Origin: Clostridia bacterium
Lineage (GTDB): Bacteria; Bacillota; Clostridia; Oscillospirales; CAG-272
Assembly (NCBI GenBank): GCA_017631855.1
Contig: JAGBSP010000004.1
Coordinates: 81-64,080, forward strand
Length of the DNA stretch: 64,000 nt
Reading direction: 5' to 3'
Shown here: positions 1 through 9,228 of the stretch, in pieces
Numbering within the stretch: position 1 is the first letter of the stretch
How the letters are laid out: each line of letters opens with the position of its first letter
Made by a program: the position numbers and the translations under genes
Notes under the pieces: generated by a model
Seen by the model: only the letters and a program-made list of their open reading frames with translations
Told to the model about the DNA's origin: nothing
The model's database searches: none

Positions 1-137
1 TCGCTTCCGCTTACGGTATGGAAGTAGATCAGGTCAAGGCAAGCATTGCTCCCGAAGCAATTGCTGAGGACATGAAGGTTCAGAAGGCAATGGATTTCGT
101 TAAGGAGAAGGCTGTCATTAAGGCAAAGGAAGCTTAA
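1..137 (+). CDS. tig: trigger factor, C-terminal end (5' part outside window)
   Basis: Frame-3 translation ASAYGMEVDQVKASIAPEAIAEDMKVQKAMDFVKEKAVIKAKEA* looks like a trigger-factor C-terminus. The conserved tig-clpP-clpX order supports it. Confidence 0.7.
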   Translation, partial: ASAYGMEVDQVKASIAPEAIAEDMKVQKAMDFVKEKAVIKAKEA

Positions 138-175
138 GCACTTCCCTTTCGCAACAATTTTTGGAGGTGATTTGA

Positions 176-787
176 ATGAATAATTCCGAAAGAAACATTT
201 ACAATGCGTTGGTTCCTATGGTTGTGGAACAAACGGGCAAGGGGGAGCGTTCTTACGACATTTTCTCTCGCTTGCTGAACGACAGAATTATCTTTTTGTC
301 CGATGAAGTAAACGATACGACGGCATCTCTGGTTGTTGCTCAATTGCTTTTCTTAGAGGCACAGGATCCTGATAAGGATATTTGTTTTTACATTAATAGC
401 CCCGGCGGTTCTGTTACCGCCGGTATGGCTATTTATGATACGATGAATTATATCAAATGTGACGTTTCTACAATCTGTATCGGTATGGCTGCCAGTATGG
501 GGGCATTTTTGCTCTCGGCGGGAGCTAAGGGAAAGCGCATTGCTCTGCCCAATAGTGAAATTATGATTCATCAGCCTTTGGGCGGTGCCAAAGGCCAAGC
601 AACGGATATCAAAATTCAAGCAGATTTGATTTTGAGAACACGTGATAATTTGAACCGTATTCTCGCTGAAAATACCGGTCGCCCCATTGAGGAGATCGCT
701 CGTGATACCGAACGTGATAACTTTATGACGGCACAGCAGGCATTGGAATATGGCTTGATCGATAAGATCTTTGCCAAGAGAGCTTGA
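176..787 (+). CDS. clpP: ATP-dependent Clp protease proteolytic subunit ClpP
   Basis: 203-aa ORF with a GGAGGTG RBS. ClpP hallmark stretches are present: [38 protein letters not shown]. Confidence 0.97.
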   Translation: MNNSERNIYNALVPMVVEQTGKGERSYDIFSRLLNDRIIFLSDEVNDTTASLVVAQLLFLEAQDPDKDICFYINSPGGSVTAGMAIYDTMNYIKCDVSTICIGMAASMGAFLLSAGAKGKRIALPNSEIMIHQPLGGAKGQATDIKIQADLILRTRDNLNRILAENTGRPIEEIARDTERDNFMTAQQALEYGLIDKIFAKRA

Positions 788-817
788 TTCTCGTATTGAA
801 ACTGAAAGGAAAGACAT

Positions 818-2143
818 ATGTCTTCAAACTCCAACTCTAATAACAATACTACGCCCACGAGATTTTGTTCCTTTTGCGGACGGAAAGAAAATCAGGTAAA
901 CTTTTTAATTCCATCCCCTACAGGTGCATATATCTGTGATTTTTGTGTAGATGCATGTCAACAGTTGATTTATGAAACGACGGTAGCTACCGAAACCGAT
1001 ATCGATGATCTTTCCTTTGAAACACTTCCCAAGCCGAAGCAGATCAAGGAAATTCTTGATGAATACGTCATCGGTCAGGATGAAGCTAAGATTGCATTAT
1101 CGGTTGCCGTATATAACCATTACAAGCGTATTCTGTACAAGAGCGCCAAGGAAAATGAACGTTTCGAAGACGCATCCCCCGAGGTGGATCTTCAAAAAAG
1201 CAATGTGCTTTTGATCGGTCCTACCGGTGTCGGAAAAACCTATTTAGCGCAGACTTTGGCTAAAACCTTAAAGGTTCCCTTTGCGATTGCAGATGCTACT
1301 ACGTTGACTGAGGCAGGATATGTCGGAGAGGATGTAGAAAACATTCTCCTTCGTTTGATCCAAGCGGCAGATTACGATATTGAGCTTGCCGAAAAAGGTA
1401 TTATTTATATCGATGAAATCGACAAGATCGCCCGTAAGAGCGAAAACCGTTCCATCACGCGTGACGTATCTGGAGAAGGTGTTCAGCAGGCGCTCTTGAA
1501 AATTCTTGAAGGTACGGTCGCAAACGTTCCCCCTCAGGGTGGACGAAAGCATCCAAACCAAGAGTTTATCCAAATCAATACCGAAAACATTCTCTTTATT
1601 TGTGGCGGCGCATTTGACGGTCTGGATAAGATTATTGAAAAGCGTCAAGGAAACCAGATGATTGGTTTTTCAAGCGAGATCAAGAAAAAATCCGAACGAA
1701 GAAGTACGGGTATTTTCCGTGATGTCGTTCCCCACGATATCGTGAAATTTGGCTTGATTCCCGAGCTTGTAGGTCGAATTCCCGTTACTGTTGCTTTAAA
1801 TGATCTTGATAAAGACGCATTGGTTCGTATTTTGAGTGAGCCGAAAAATTCTCTTGTTAAGCAGTATATCAAGCTCTTTGAGATGGATGGTGTAGCGCTC
1901 AATTTTGACCGCGAGGCTCTAGAAGCCATCGCTTCGCAAGCAATTGAACGCAATACCGGTGCTCGAGGACTTCGTTCGATTATGGAAACGATGATGCTTC
2001 CAATGATGTACGACATCCCTTCCCGTGAGGATCTGGCAGAGGTTCGTATCGATCAGGATTGTTTACCGCAATATGTAACCAAAGAGGTAATCTCTCTTGA
2101 AGAAGCCGCACCGATTGCAGGCGAGCTTTCTTCTAACGAATAA
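818..2143 (+). CDS. clpX: ATP-dependent Clp protease ATP-binding subunit ClpX
   Basis: 441 aa with an N-terminal C4 zinc ribbon (CSFCGR...CDFC) and Walker A GPTGVGKT. It follows clpP directly. Confidence 0.97.
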   Translation: MSSNSNSNNNTTPTRFCSFCGRKENQVNFLIPSPTGAYICDFCVDACQQLIYETTVATETDIDDLSFETLPKPKQIKEILDEYVIGQDEAKIALSVAVYNHYKRILYKSAKENERFEDASPEVDLQKSNVLLIGPTGVGKTYLAQTLAKTLKVPFAIADATTLTEAGYVGEDVENILLRLIQAADYDIELAEKGIIYIDEIDKIARKSENRSITRDVSGEGVQQALLKILEGTVANVPPQGGRKHPNQEFIQINTENILFICGGAFDGLDKIIEKRQGNQMIGFSSEIKKKSERRSTGIFRDVVPHDIVKFGLIPELVGRIPVTVALNDLDKDALVRILSEPKNSLVKQYIKLFEMDGVALNFDREALEAIASQAIERNTGARGLRSIMETMMLPMMYDIPSREDLAEVRIDQDCLPQYVTKEVISLEEAAPIAGELSSNE

Positions 2144-2149
2144 TATAAA

Positions 2150-2180
2150 ATAAACGCATATCATCGTATGCGTTTATTTT
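2150..2180 (+). terminator. rho-independent terminator after clpX
   Basis: Hairpin ataaacgcata/tatgcgtttat followed by a T-run. Confidence 0.6.
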
Positions 2181-2189
2181 ATATAAAAA

Positions 2190-2220
2190 ATTCCCCTCAA
2201 GGAAATTCCTTGAGGGGATT
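2190..2220 (-). terminator. rho-independent terminator after the oxidoreductase gene
   Basis: Hairpin tcccctcaagg/ccttgagggga. On the minus strand it is followed by a T-run (aaaaaa on plus at 2185-2190). Confidence 0.6.
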
Positions 2221-2228
2221 GACTTTGA

Positions 2229-3314
2229 TTAGTCGAAGTAGTAAGGCTTGCCGCTCTTCGAGGACTCATAGATACCCTCGAGAATACGGGTTACGCAGTA
2301 AGCCTGCTCGGGAAGCGTAACGGGGATCTTGTCGTCGCGAACAGCTTCGATCCAGAGACGCTCTTCCATATCAGCAGCCGATTCAGCCTTCTCACCGGGG
2401 TTGAATGCAACACCGCCGGCCTTAAAGTCGGGCTTCGTAACGTACTGTCTGTTGTTCTTAACTCCGTTAATACGAAGGCCGTCGTTCATATCAGCACCTG
2501 CCTTGGTTCCGCAAATCGTAGTTACAGCCTCGCGAACGTCAAGGGTGTTCAGAGCCCAAGAGGACTCGAGAACGATCGTAGCGCCGTTTTCCATTACGAT
2601 GAAACCGAATGCAGAGTCTTCTACCGTGTATTCATCAGGATTCCACTGACCAAAGGAGTTACCCTGATCGGTATCCTTATTCAGCTTGTGATAAACCGAA
2701 CCAACACAGTACTTCGGCTTGTAGTTATCCATCATCCAAAGGGTAAGGTCAAGTGCGTGAGTTCCGATATCAATCAGAGGACCGCCGCCCTGCTCATACT
2801 CGTTCAGGAACACGCCCCACGTAGGAACGGCACGACGACGAAGAGCAGTTGCCTTAGCGTAGTAAATCTCACCAAAGGTTCCAGCCTCAGCTTCCTGCTT
2901 GAGGTACTGAGAATCAGCGCGGAAACGGCTCTGGTAACCGATGGAAAGCTTCTTACCCGTACGAGCAGCAGCATCCAGCATCTTCTTTGCCTCTTCCGAG
3001 TTGATTGCCATCGGCTTCTCACACATAACGTGCTTGCCTGCCTCGAGTGCATCTACAGTAATAAAGCTGTGTGCACGGTTCGGAGTACAAACGTGAACAA
3101 CCTCGATCTCGGGATCAGCAAGAAGATCCTTGTAATCGGTGTAGGTCTTTGCTCCAGGAACACCGAACTCTTGAGCTGCCTTTTCAGCGCGCTCGGGAAT
3201 GATATCACAGAATGCAACCATTTCGCAATCCTTCACTCTCTTCAGCGAGGGCATGTGCTTGCCGTTTGCAATTCCGCCACATCCAATGATACCAACTTTA
3301 ATCAGTCTGGCCAT
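2229..3314 (-). CDS. Gfo/Idh/MocA family oxidoreductase
   Basis: Start moved to ATG 3314, which has a GGAGG RBS. N-terminal Rossmann motif VGIIGCGGIANGKH with overall family-typical sequence. Confidence 0.85.
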   Translation of the reverse strand: MARLIKVGIIGCGGIANGKHMPSLKRVKDCEMVAFCDIIPERAEKAAQEFGVPGAKTYTDYKDLLADPEIEVVHVCTPNRAHSFITVDALEAGKHVMCEKPMAINSEEAKKMLDAAARTGKKLSIGYQSRFRADSQYLKQEAEAGTFGEIYYAKATALRRRAVPTWGVFLNEYEQGGGPLIDIGTHALDLTLWMMDNYKPKYCVGSVYHKLNKDTDQGNSFGQWNPDEYTVEDSAFGFIVMENGATIVLESSWALNTLDVREAVTTICGTKAGADMNDGLRINGVKNNRQYVTKPDFKAGGVAFNPGEKAESAADMEERLWIEAVRDDKIPVTLPEQAYCVTRILEGIYESSKSGKPYYFD

Positions 3315-3368
3315 TTTTTCAATCCTCCACAATATGAAAAATTATATTATATATTTCGATATATAAAT

Positions 3369-4100
3369 TCAGTTTAAGTAAGGTCCGTCATCGGTGATCT
3401 TACGAACTTTGGGACAAGTAATTACCTGTCTGTACGTCGGCGCTACGAAACGAACCGCATTCTTAATAATGGTCTGTACCTCGGGAACACGGAACGTAGG
3501 ATACGACTCGTGACCAGGCTGGAAATAGAAAACCTTACCGTTGCCACGCTCATAAAGCACACCCGAGCGAAAAACCTCTCCGCTGGAGTAGTTAGCGATC
3601 AAAAGCACTTTATCGGGATTCGGGATCACAAAAGGCTCACCGTAGGTTTCCTCTGCGGGAAGCGTGAAATAACGGTCGATTCCGCGAGTAATCGGATGAG
3701 CAGGATCAATGACCCAAAGCACCTCGGAGTCATCTGATTCTCTCCAGGTAAGATTACAAGAGGTTCCCATCAAATAACGGAAGGGCTTGGAGTGATGTGC
3801 CGAGTGCAGGAAAATAATTCCCATACCTTCCAATACGGCATCACGAATCATATATGCAATCTCGTCGGGGACAAGATGCTGTGCAATATGGCTCCACCAA
3901 ATCAAAACGTCGGTTTCGTCCAAAAGCTCCTTGGTAATTCCGCAATTTTCGTCGTATAACGTAGCGGTTCTTACCGTGATATCCTCTTCTTTTCCAAGGA
4001 ACTCTGCGATAGCTCCGTGAATGCCTTCGGGATAAACGGCGGCAATCTTTTCGCTTTCCTGCTCATGCTTGTATTCATTCCAAACTAATACTCTGATCAT
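3369..4100 (-). CDS. ThuA (trehalose-utilisation) domain protein
   Basis: The ORF-track start at 4157 runs through the tRNA gene. ATG 4100 is preceded by AGGAG. The sequence (MIRVLVWNEY...IWWSH...FQPGHE) is ThuA-like. Confidence 0.8.
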   Translation of the reverse strand: MIRVLVWNEYKHEQESEKIAAVYPEGIHGAIAEFLGKEEDITVRTATLYDENCGITKELLDETDVLIWWSHIAQHLVPDEIAYMIRDAVLEGMGIIFLHSAHHSKPFRYLMGTSCNLTWRESDDSEVLWVIDPAHPITRGIDRYFTLPAEETYGEPFVIPNPDKVLLIANYSSGEVFRSGVLYERGNGKVFYFQPGHESYPTFRVPEVQTIIKNAVRFVAPTYRQVITCPKVRKITDDGPYLN

Positions 4101-4121
4101 ACAAAAATCTCCTAAAAAAAA

Positions 4122-4198
<77 letters not shown>

Positions 4199-4211
4199 AT
4201 ACCTTGAATTT

Positions 4212-4240
4212 ATTATATCACAAGAATTCAAGAAAAGCAA
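4212..4240 (-). promoter_or_regulatory. sigma-A-type promoter for tRNA-Val
   Basis: Minus strand: TTGCTT, 17-nt spacer, extended -10 TGATATAAT. The predicted start is a few nt before the tRNA 5' end. Confidence 0.5.
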
Positions 4241-4411
4241 GTGGTTTGAAGATCTTTTTTTGCGTTTTTTGCAGATTTTTTAACAAGCTTTTGCTGTTAT
4301 TATTATAAAATATTTCTTTGAAAAATTCAAGAAACAAACGAGAAAACAAAAGACATTTATTGCTATTTTTTGAAAAAAACTCAAAAAAAGAAAAAAGTTT
4401 CCAATATCTAC

Positions 4412-4440
4412 TTGAAAAAAAAACGATTTCGGGGTATACT
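4412..4440 (+). promoter_or_regulatory. sigma-A-type promoter for gpmI
   Basis: TTGAAA (4412-4417), 17-nt spacer, TATACT (4435-4440). It is preceded by an A-tract-rich region. Confidence 0.5.
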
Positions 4441-4479
4441 ATATAAGATTGAAGTTTATCTAAAATTTTGGAGGTTATT

Positions 4480-6138
4480 ATGGCTGAATCTTTGAAGAAA
4501 TTAACGAAATTTGACGGCGTTTCGGGCCCCGTTCTAACCATTGTAATGGACGGTGTCGGTATCGCTCCCGCAACCGAGGCAAATGCTGTCACGGGCGCAT
4601 ATACGCCCACGCTTGACATGCTGATGTCGAAGTATCCTACCGTTTCTCTGAAGGCACACGGTACCGCTGTCGGCCTTCCTTCGGATGACGATATGGGTAA
4701 CTCCGAGGTTGGGCATAACGCGCTTGGCGCAGGTCAGGTCTTTGCACAGGGCGCAAAGCTTGTTTCGCAATCGATTGAAAGCGGAAAGATGTTTGCTTCC
4801 GAAACCTGGCAGACGGTTGTTGCAAACGTCAAGAGCAACGCAAGTACCCTTCACTTCCTCGGACTTTTCTCGGACGGAAACGTACACTCGCACATTGACC
4901 ACCTCAAGGCAATGCTCGTACGTGCAAAAGAAGAAGGAATTTCCCGTGTTCGTATCCATATTTTGATTGACGGTCGTGACGTTGGCGAAACGAGTGCTCT
5001 CGAATACATCGATCCGTTCGAGGCATTCCTTGCAGAGCTTTGCGATGCAAGCTTTGACGCAAAGATCGCTTCGGGCGGCGGACGTATGAAGATTACGATG
5101 GACCGCTACGAGGCAGATTGGTCGATGGTAGAGCGCGGTTGGCAGACGCACGTCCTTGGAGAAGGCCGTGGCTTTGCAAGCGCCGCAGAGGCGGTAAAAA
5201 CCTACCGTGAGGAAACGAAGGTCATTGACCAGGATCTTCCTCCCTTCGTGATTGTCGAAAACGGTTCTCCCGTTGGAACGATCGAGGATGGCGATAGCGT
5301 AATCTTCTTCAATTTCCGCGGTGACCGTTCGATTGAGATTTCCAAGGCATTTGATGCACCTGCCGGTGAATTTGATAAATTTGACCGTAAGCGCGTTCCT
5401 TGCGTAGTTTATGCAGGTATGCTTGAATATGACGGCGACCTTCACATTCCCCAGAGATATTTGGTCTCTCCTCCCGAAATCACCAATACGATGAGTGAAT
5501 ACTTGACGAATGCAGGTGTTTCTCAGCTTGCGATTTCAGAAACTCAGAAATACGGTCACGTAACCTATTTCTGGAACGGCAACCGCTCCGGAAAATTCTC
5601 TGAGGAGCTCGAAACCTATATCGAAATCCCTTCGGACGTCGTTCCCTTCGAGCAAAGACCTTGGATGAAGTGTGCAGAGATCACCGATCAGCTGATCGAG
5701 TGCATTGAATCCGGTAAATATCAGTATCTGCGTGTCAACTTCCCCAACGGTGATATGGTCGGTCATACAGGATCGCTTCTTGCTACTCGTTGCTCGATGG
5801 AAGCGCTCGATCTTCAGCTTGCAAGAATTCTTGCTGCCGTGGACAAGGCAAAGGGTGTTGCTTTGATCACCGCAGACCACGGAAATGCCGATGAGATGTA
5901 TGAAATCGACAAAAAGACGGGTCTTCCCAAGGCAGATAAGAACGGTAAGCTCAAGGCAAAGACGAGCCACACGCTCAACCCTGTTCCCTGCATTATTTAT
6001 GATAATTTCTACGCAGAGAATTATTCGGTAAAGGCGGATGAAGGACAGTTTGGCCTTTCCAACGTCGCCGCTACGATGGTCAACCTGATGGGTTACGAAG
6101 CCCCCGATATGTGGGATGAAAGCATTTTGAAGTTCTAA
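4480..6138 (+). CDS. gpmI: 2,3-bisphosphoglycerate-independent phosphoglycerate mutase (long form)
   Basis: ATG 4480 follows GGAGG at 4470-4474. Motifs DDMGNSEVGHNALGAG, GGGRM.ITMDRYE.DW, NFPNGDMVGHTG and ADHGNA are present. Confidence 0.93.
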   Translation: MAESLKKLTKFDGVSGPVLTIVMDGVGIAPATEANAVTGAYTPTLDMLMSKYPTVSLKAHGTAVGLPSDDDMGNSEVGHNALGAGQVFAQGAKLVSQSIESGKMFASETWQTVVANVKSNASTLHFLGLFSDGNVHSHIDHLKAMLVRAKEEGISRVRIHILIDGRDVGETSALEYIDPFEAFLAELCDASFDAKIASGGGRMKITMDRYEADWSMVERGWQTHVLGEGRGFASAAEAVKTYREETKVIDQDLPPFVIVENGSPVGTIEDGDSVIFFNFRGDRSIEISKAFDAPAGEFDKFDRKRVPCVVYAGMLEYDGDLHIPQRYLVSPPEITNTMSEYLTNAGVSQLAISETQKYGHVTYFWNGNRSGKFSEELETYIEIPSDVVPFEQRPWMKCAEITDQLIECIESGKYQYLRVNFPNGDMVGHTGSLLATRCSMEALDLQLARILAAVDKAKGVALITADHGNADEMYEIDKKTGLPKADKNGKLKAKTSHTLNPVPCIIYDNFYAENYSVKADEGQFGLSNVAATMVNLMGYEAPDMWDESILKF

Positions 6139-6146
6139 TTTAGAAT

Positions 6147-6183
6147 AAAAAAACCGTTATGCTAAGGCATAACGGTTTTTTTA
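6147..6183. terminator. bidirectional terminator between gpmI and recR
   Basis: Hairpin aaccgttatgc/gcataacggtt flanked by an A-run and a T-run. Confidence 0.7.
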
Positions 6184-6789
6184 TTATGAAAGAGATCTGC
6201 GCCCCTCTAAAGCACGTCCCAACGTAACCTCATCGGCATACTCAAGATCGGAGCCTACGGGAATACCGTATGCCAGTCGAGAAACCCTGAGATGTTCAAA
6301 CGGACGCAACGCACGTGAAAGATACATCGCGGTAATTTCCCCATCAGGGGTTGCATTGGTTGCGATAATTACTTCATCAATATCTTCTGTATTGACACGC
6401 TGCATCAGCTCAGCAAAGCGAATTTTATCGGGAGTAATTCCATTGACAGGCGAAATAACACCGTTTAATACGTGATAAACTCCGCGATATTCCCTAACCT
6501 TTTCGATCGACATCAGGGATTTGACGTCCTCTACCACACAAATGATCTTTTGATTTCTAGTTTCATCCTGACAAACGTAGCAAACCTCGTCTTCGGTGAA
6601 ATTTCCGCAAATCGGACACGCATGGATTCTTTCTTTGGCATCCAGCATGGCAGTGGCAAACTCGGCAACCTTTGCTTCATCCATTTCCAAAACAGAAAAT
6701 GCCATTCTCATCGCGGACTTTTTGCCAACGCCCTGTAATCGACCAAATTGCTCCGCCAAGCGTTGTAACGATTCAATATGTTCGCTCAT
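6184..6789 (-). CDS. recR: recombination protein RecR
   Basis: 201 aa with a C4 zinc finger (CPICGN...CYVC) and a Toprim-like C-terminal part. It sits in the dnaX-ybaB-recR order. Confidence 0.95.
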   Translation of the reverse strand: MSEHIESLQRLAEQFGRLQGVGKKSAMRMAFSVLEMDEAKVAEFATAMLDAKERIHACPICGNFTEDEVCYVCQDETRNQKIICVVEDVKSLMSIEKVREYRGVYHVLNGVISPVNGITPDKIRFAELMQRVNTEDIDEVIIATNATPDGEITAMYLSRALRPFEHLRVSRLAYGIPVGSDLEYADEVTLGRALEGRRSLS

Positions 6790-6795
6790 AGCAGA

Positions 6796-7143
6796 TTAAA
6801 ACATTCCGGGCAGACCAACGCTTCCCGTAATCTTTGCCATTTCCGCATTGTTAGTATCTTCTACACGCTTAATTGCCTCGTTCACTGCAGCAACCAAAAT
6901 GTCCGAAAGCGTTTCAATATCATCGGGATCGACAATTTCAGGCTCGATATTGATCGAAAGAATTTCCTTCTTGCCGTTGATCTTTACGCCAACAACACCG
7001 CCACCGGCAGAAATATCATATTCTCTTGCGTCCAATTCATCTTGCAAAGCCGCCATATCTTCCTGCATTTTTTGAGCCTGACGGATCATCGCATTCATAT
7101 TTTGGGGACCACCGCCCATTCCCTTCGGAATATTTGCCTTCAT
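6796..7143 (-). CDS. ybaB: YbaB/EbfC family nucleoid-associated protein
   Basis: 115 aa with the typical MIRQAQKMQEDM...GGGVVGVKINGK sequence. It lies between dnaX and recR. Confidence 0.93.
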   Translation of the reverse strand: MKANIPKGMGGGPQNMNAMIRQAQKMQEDMAALQDELDAREYDISAGGGVVGVKINGKKEILSINIEPEIVDPDDIETLSDILVAAVNEAIKRVEDTNNAEMAKITGSVGLPGMF

Positions 7144-7173
7144 TTTTTATTCTCCTTTTTCTTCTTAAGATAA

Positions 7174-8742
7174 TTATAATAATTCAAATTCGTCAAGATC
7201 TGAAAAGTCTTCGTTAGACGAAAGGATTTCTAGGATCAATTGATTCGGCTCAATCGATTTTTGAAGCTCCAAGCAAATTGCTCCACGGATACTTTCTATC
7301 ATCGACGGACGGTCAACCATAGATTTTGCAAACTCGTTGGGGAATTTCAAACGAATCGTACCATCCTCCGAAATTAACGCCTTAGCGGTCTTTAAAAATC
7401 CAAGAGCAGCGGCGTCACCGGAAGCGGCTCTTTCTGCAATCTCATTCCAACCGCGCAGCACCTTAAAAGTTGGTTCTGAAATCTCGGAAACGCGAAAAGT
7501 TTCTTGTTGTTCGGTTACAATATTTTTCTCAGAAAGATCGATTATCGTGGTTTGCTCAGAAAGCTCCGTGCTTGCTACGGTGCGAAACATTGTCCCCGAA
7601 GCCACAGTGGTTTCCAACTTGGAAATACGGGAAAGAAGCGCATCGGGAGAAGTATCCAAAGAAACGTCGCAAAGCTTTAATAGTGCCATTTCCGCAAGCA
7701 TACGGTTACTAGCCGTTGAATGCTGCATCATATAAAAGGTATCATCCAACACCCGACAATGATACAGTAGGGTTTCCTTGGAAAAAAGATCTGCCGTTTT
7801 CTTTAATCGTTCGGTTTCGGCCTTCGTCAGATCCAAATATTTCTCCGCCATCGCCGTTGCCTTGATTACTAACATATCTCGATAGAAAGAAATCAACTCT
7901 TGCCAAAAGACGGAAATATCCTTAGAGGAGCGAACAATCATATCCACCGTAGAAAAAATGGTATCAAAATTCGAAGATGCAATGGCACGAACCGCTTGCT
8001 CCAAACCATCTCGACCACCCGAGCCAACCGTTTCATTGACTAACTCCGGGGTAATTTTTTGTCTTGCTCCGGCACAAAGCTCCAATAAACTGATCGCGTC
8101 ACGCATACCGCCCTGAGCAAGCTTCGCCAACAGACGAAGCGCCTCAGTGTCGTAATCAATTTTTTCGCAGTCTGAAATATGAGCAAGTCGATCGCTGAGG
8201 ACCTGAGTACTAATACGGCGAAAATCAAAGCGCTGACATCTGGATATAATCGTGGAAGGTAGCTTATGCAGCTCGGTTGTAGCCAAAACGAAAACAACGT
8301 GCGCGGGAGGCTCTTCCAAGGTTTTGAGCAACGCATTAAACGCACTTCCACTCAACATATGAACCTCGTCCACAATATAAACGCGATATTTGAGAGACGA
8401 CGGCATATAAACGACCTCGTCGCGGATATCACGAATATTATCCACACCGTTATTGGAAGCGGCATCCATTTCAAGAACGTCGGTAGCAGTTCCTTCATCG
8501 ATAGAACGGCACGACGTACAACAGTTACAAGGACTTCCGTTTATAGGAGACTCACAGTTGACTGCTTTTGCCAAGATCTTCGCACACGTGGTTTTTCCCG
8601 TTCCACGAGAACCGCAAAAGAGGTAGGCATGGGAAAATTTCCGGTGCTCTGTTTCGTATTTTAAAATTGACGTAATATGCTCTTGACCGCATACCTCATC
8701 AAAGGTTTGCGGACGCCATTTTCGATAAAGAGCCTGATGCAT
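7174..8742 (-). CDS. dnaX: DNA polymerase III subunit gamma/tau
   Basis: Start set at MHQALYRKWRPQTF (ATG 8742) because the longer ORF overlaps the SRP RNA 3' helix. Walker A GSRGTGKTT and zinc module CNCCTSC are present. Confidence 0.93.
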   Translation of the reverse strand: MHQALYRKWRPQTFDEVCGQEHITSILKYETEHRKFSHAYLFCGSRGTGKTTCAKILAKAVNCESPINGSPCNCCTSCRSIDEGTATDVLEMDAASNNGVDNIRDIRDEVVYMPSSLKYRVYIVDEVHMLSGSAFNALLKTLEEPPAHVVFVLATTELHKLPSTIISRCQRFDFRRISTQVLSDRLAHISDCEKIDYDTEALRLLAKLAQGGMRDAISLLELCAGARQKITPELVNETVGSGGRDGLEQAVRAIASSNFDTIFSTVDMIVRSSKDISVFWQELISFYRDMLVIKATAMAEKYLDLTKAETERLKKTADLFSKETLLYHCRVLDDTFYMMQHSTASNRMLAEMALLKLCDVSLDTSPDALLSRISKLETTVASGTMFRTVASTELSEQTTIIDLSEKNIVTEQQETFRVSEISEPTFKVLRGWNEIAERAASGDAAALGFLKTAKALISEDGTIRLKFPNEFAKSMVDRPSMIESIRGAICLELQKSIEPNQLILEILSSNEDFSDLDEFELL

Positions 8743-8777
8743 TCCGAAAAATCCCCCTTCCGTTTTAAAATAAAAAA

Positions 8778-9081
8778 GCAGACTGCAAAAGAAGACCATA
8801 CACCTTAAGATCGAATCTCACCTTTACGCGATCTTCGCTCCTCCTGCTCCAAGCAGGCTGCCTCGCGGCACATCGGGCTTACTGATTAATGCTGCTTGGT
8901 TCCCCACCTGACATGGTTCACAGCGCCCAATTGCGCAAGACCCGCTCTTCAACGCAGCAGGACACGACTCAGACCGTATCGGATCAACCCTCAAAAAAGG
9001 AATGAACCCCTGCTGTAGCGGATTTCAGGTTCAGGGCACCGCTAATTCCCCGGCTGGTATGGCCTTATTTCGCAGTCTGCG
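8778..9081 (-). ncRNA. ffs: signal recognition particle RNA, large Bacillus type (scRNA/ffs)
   Basis: The minus strand contains TTAGCGGTGCCCTGAACCTGAAATCCGCTACAGCAGGGG (Alu-domain region). It also contains GAACCATGTCAGGTGGGGAACCAAGCAGCATTAATCAG...ATGTGCCGC (domain IV). These match the B. subtilis scRNA pattern from memory. A 9-bp closing helix (GCAGACUGC/GCAGUCUGC) is followed by a U-run. Its position upstream of dnaX is conserved. Ends are approximate. Confidence 0.8.
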
Positions 9082-9106
9082 TTTCCCATAGGAAACTTAC
9101 TTATAT

Positions 9107-9135
9107 AGTATAACAGATTTTTCTGTTTTTTTCAA
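9107..9135 (-). promoter_or_regulatory. sigma-A-type promoter for SRP RNA
   Basis: Minus strand: TTGAAA (9135-9130), 17-nt spacer, TATACT (9112-9107). Confidence 0.5.
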
Positions 9136-9159
9136 TAGGATTTTGAAATTTTTATAGAA

Positions 9160-9206
9160 AAGAAGACAAAAGAAATTATGGAGATCGAGCTCTGCCCGAT
9201 CTCCAT
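9160..9206 (-). terminator. rho-independent terminator after the N/Q-tail ORF
   Basis: Perfect 10-bp inverted repeat atggagatcg/cgatctccat (9178-9187 and 9197-9206), followed on the minus strand by a T-rich run. Confidence 0.6.
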
Positions 9207-9228
9207 AATTTCTAAACCATTCCCATTT

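Noticed and set aside
4218-4619. A 133-codon minus-strand ORF across the AT-rich tRNA/gpmI intergenic region.
   Set aside because: It spans two promoters and the gpmI start. Its translation is low-complexity (K/F/L-rich) and there is no RBS.
8743-8799. The N-terminal extension of dnaX (MVFFCSLLFYFKTEGGFFG).
   Set aside because: It overlaps the SRP RNA 3' helix and its U-run. ATG 8742 gives the canonical DnaX N-terminus.
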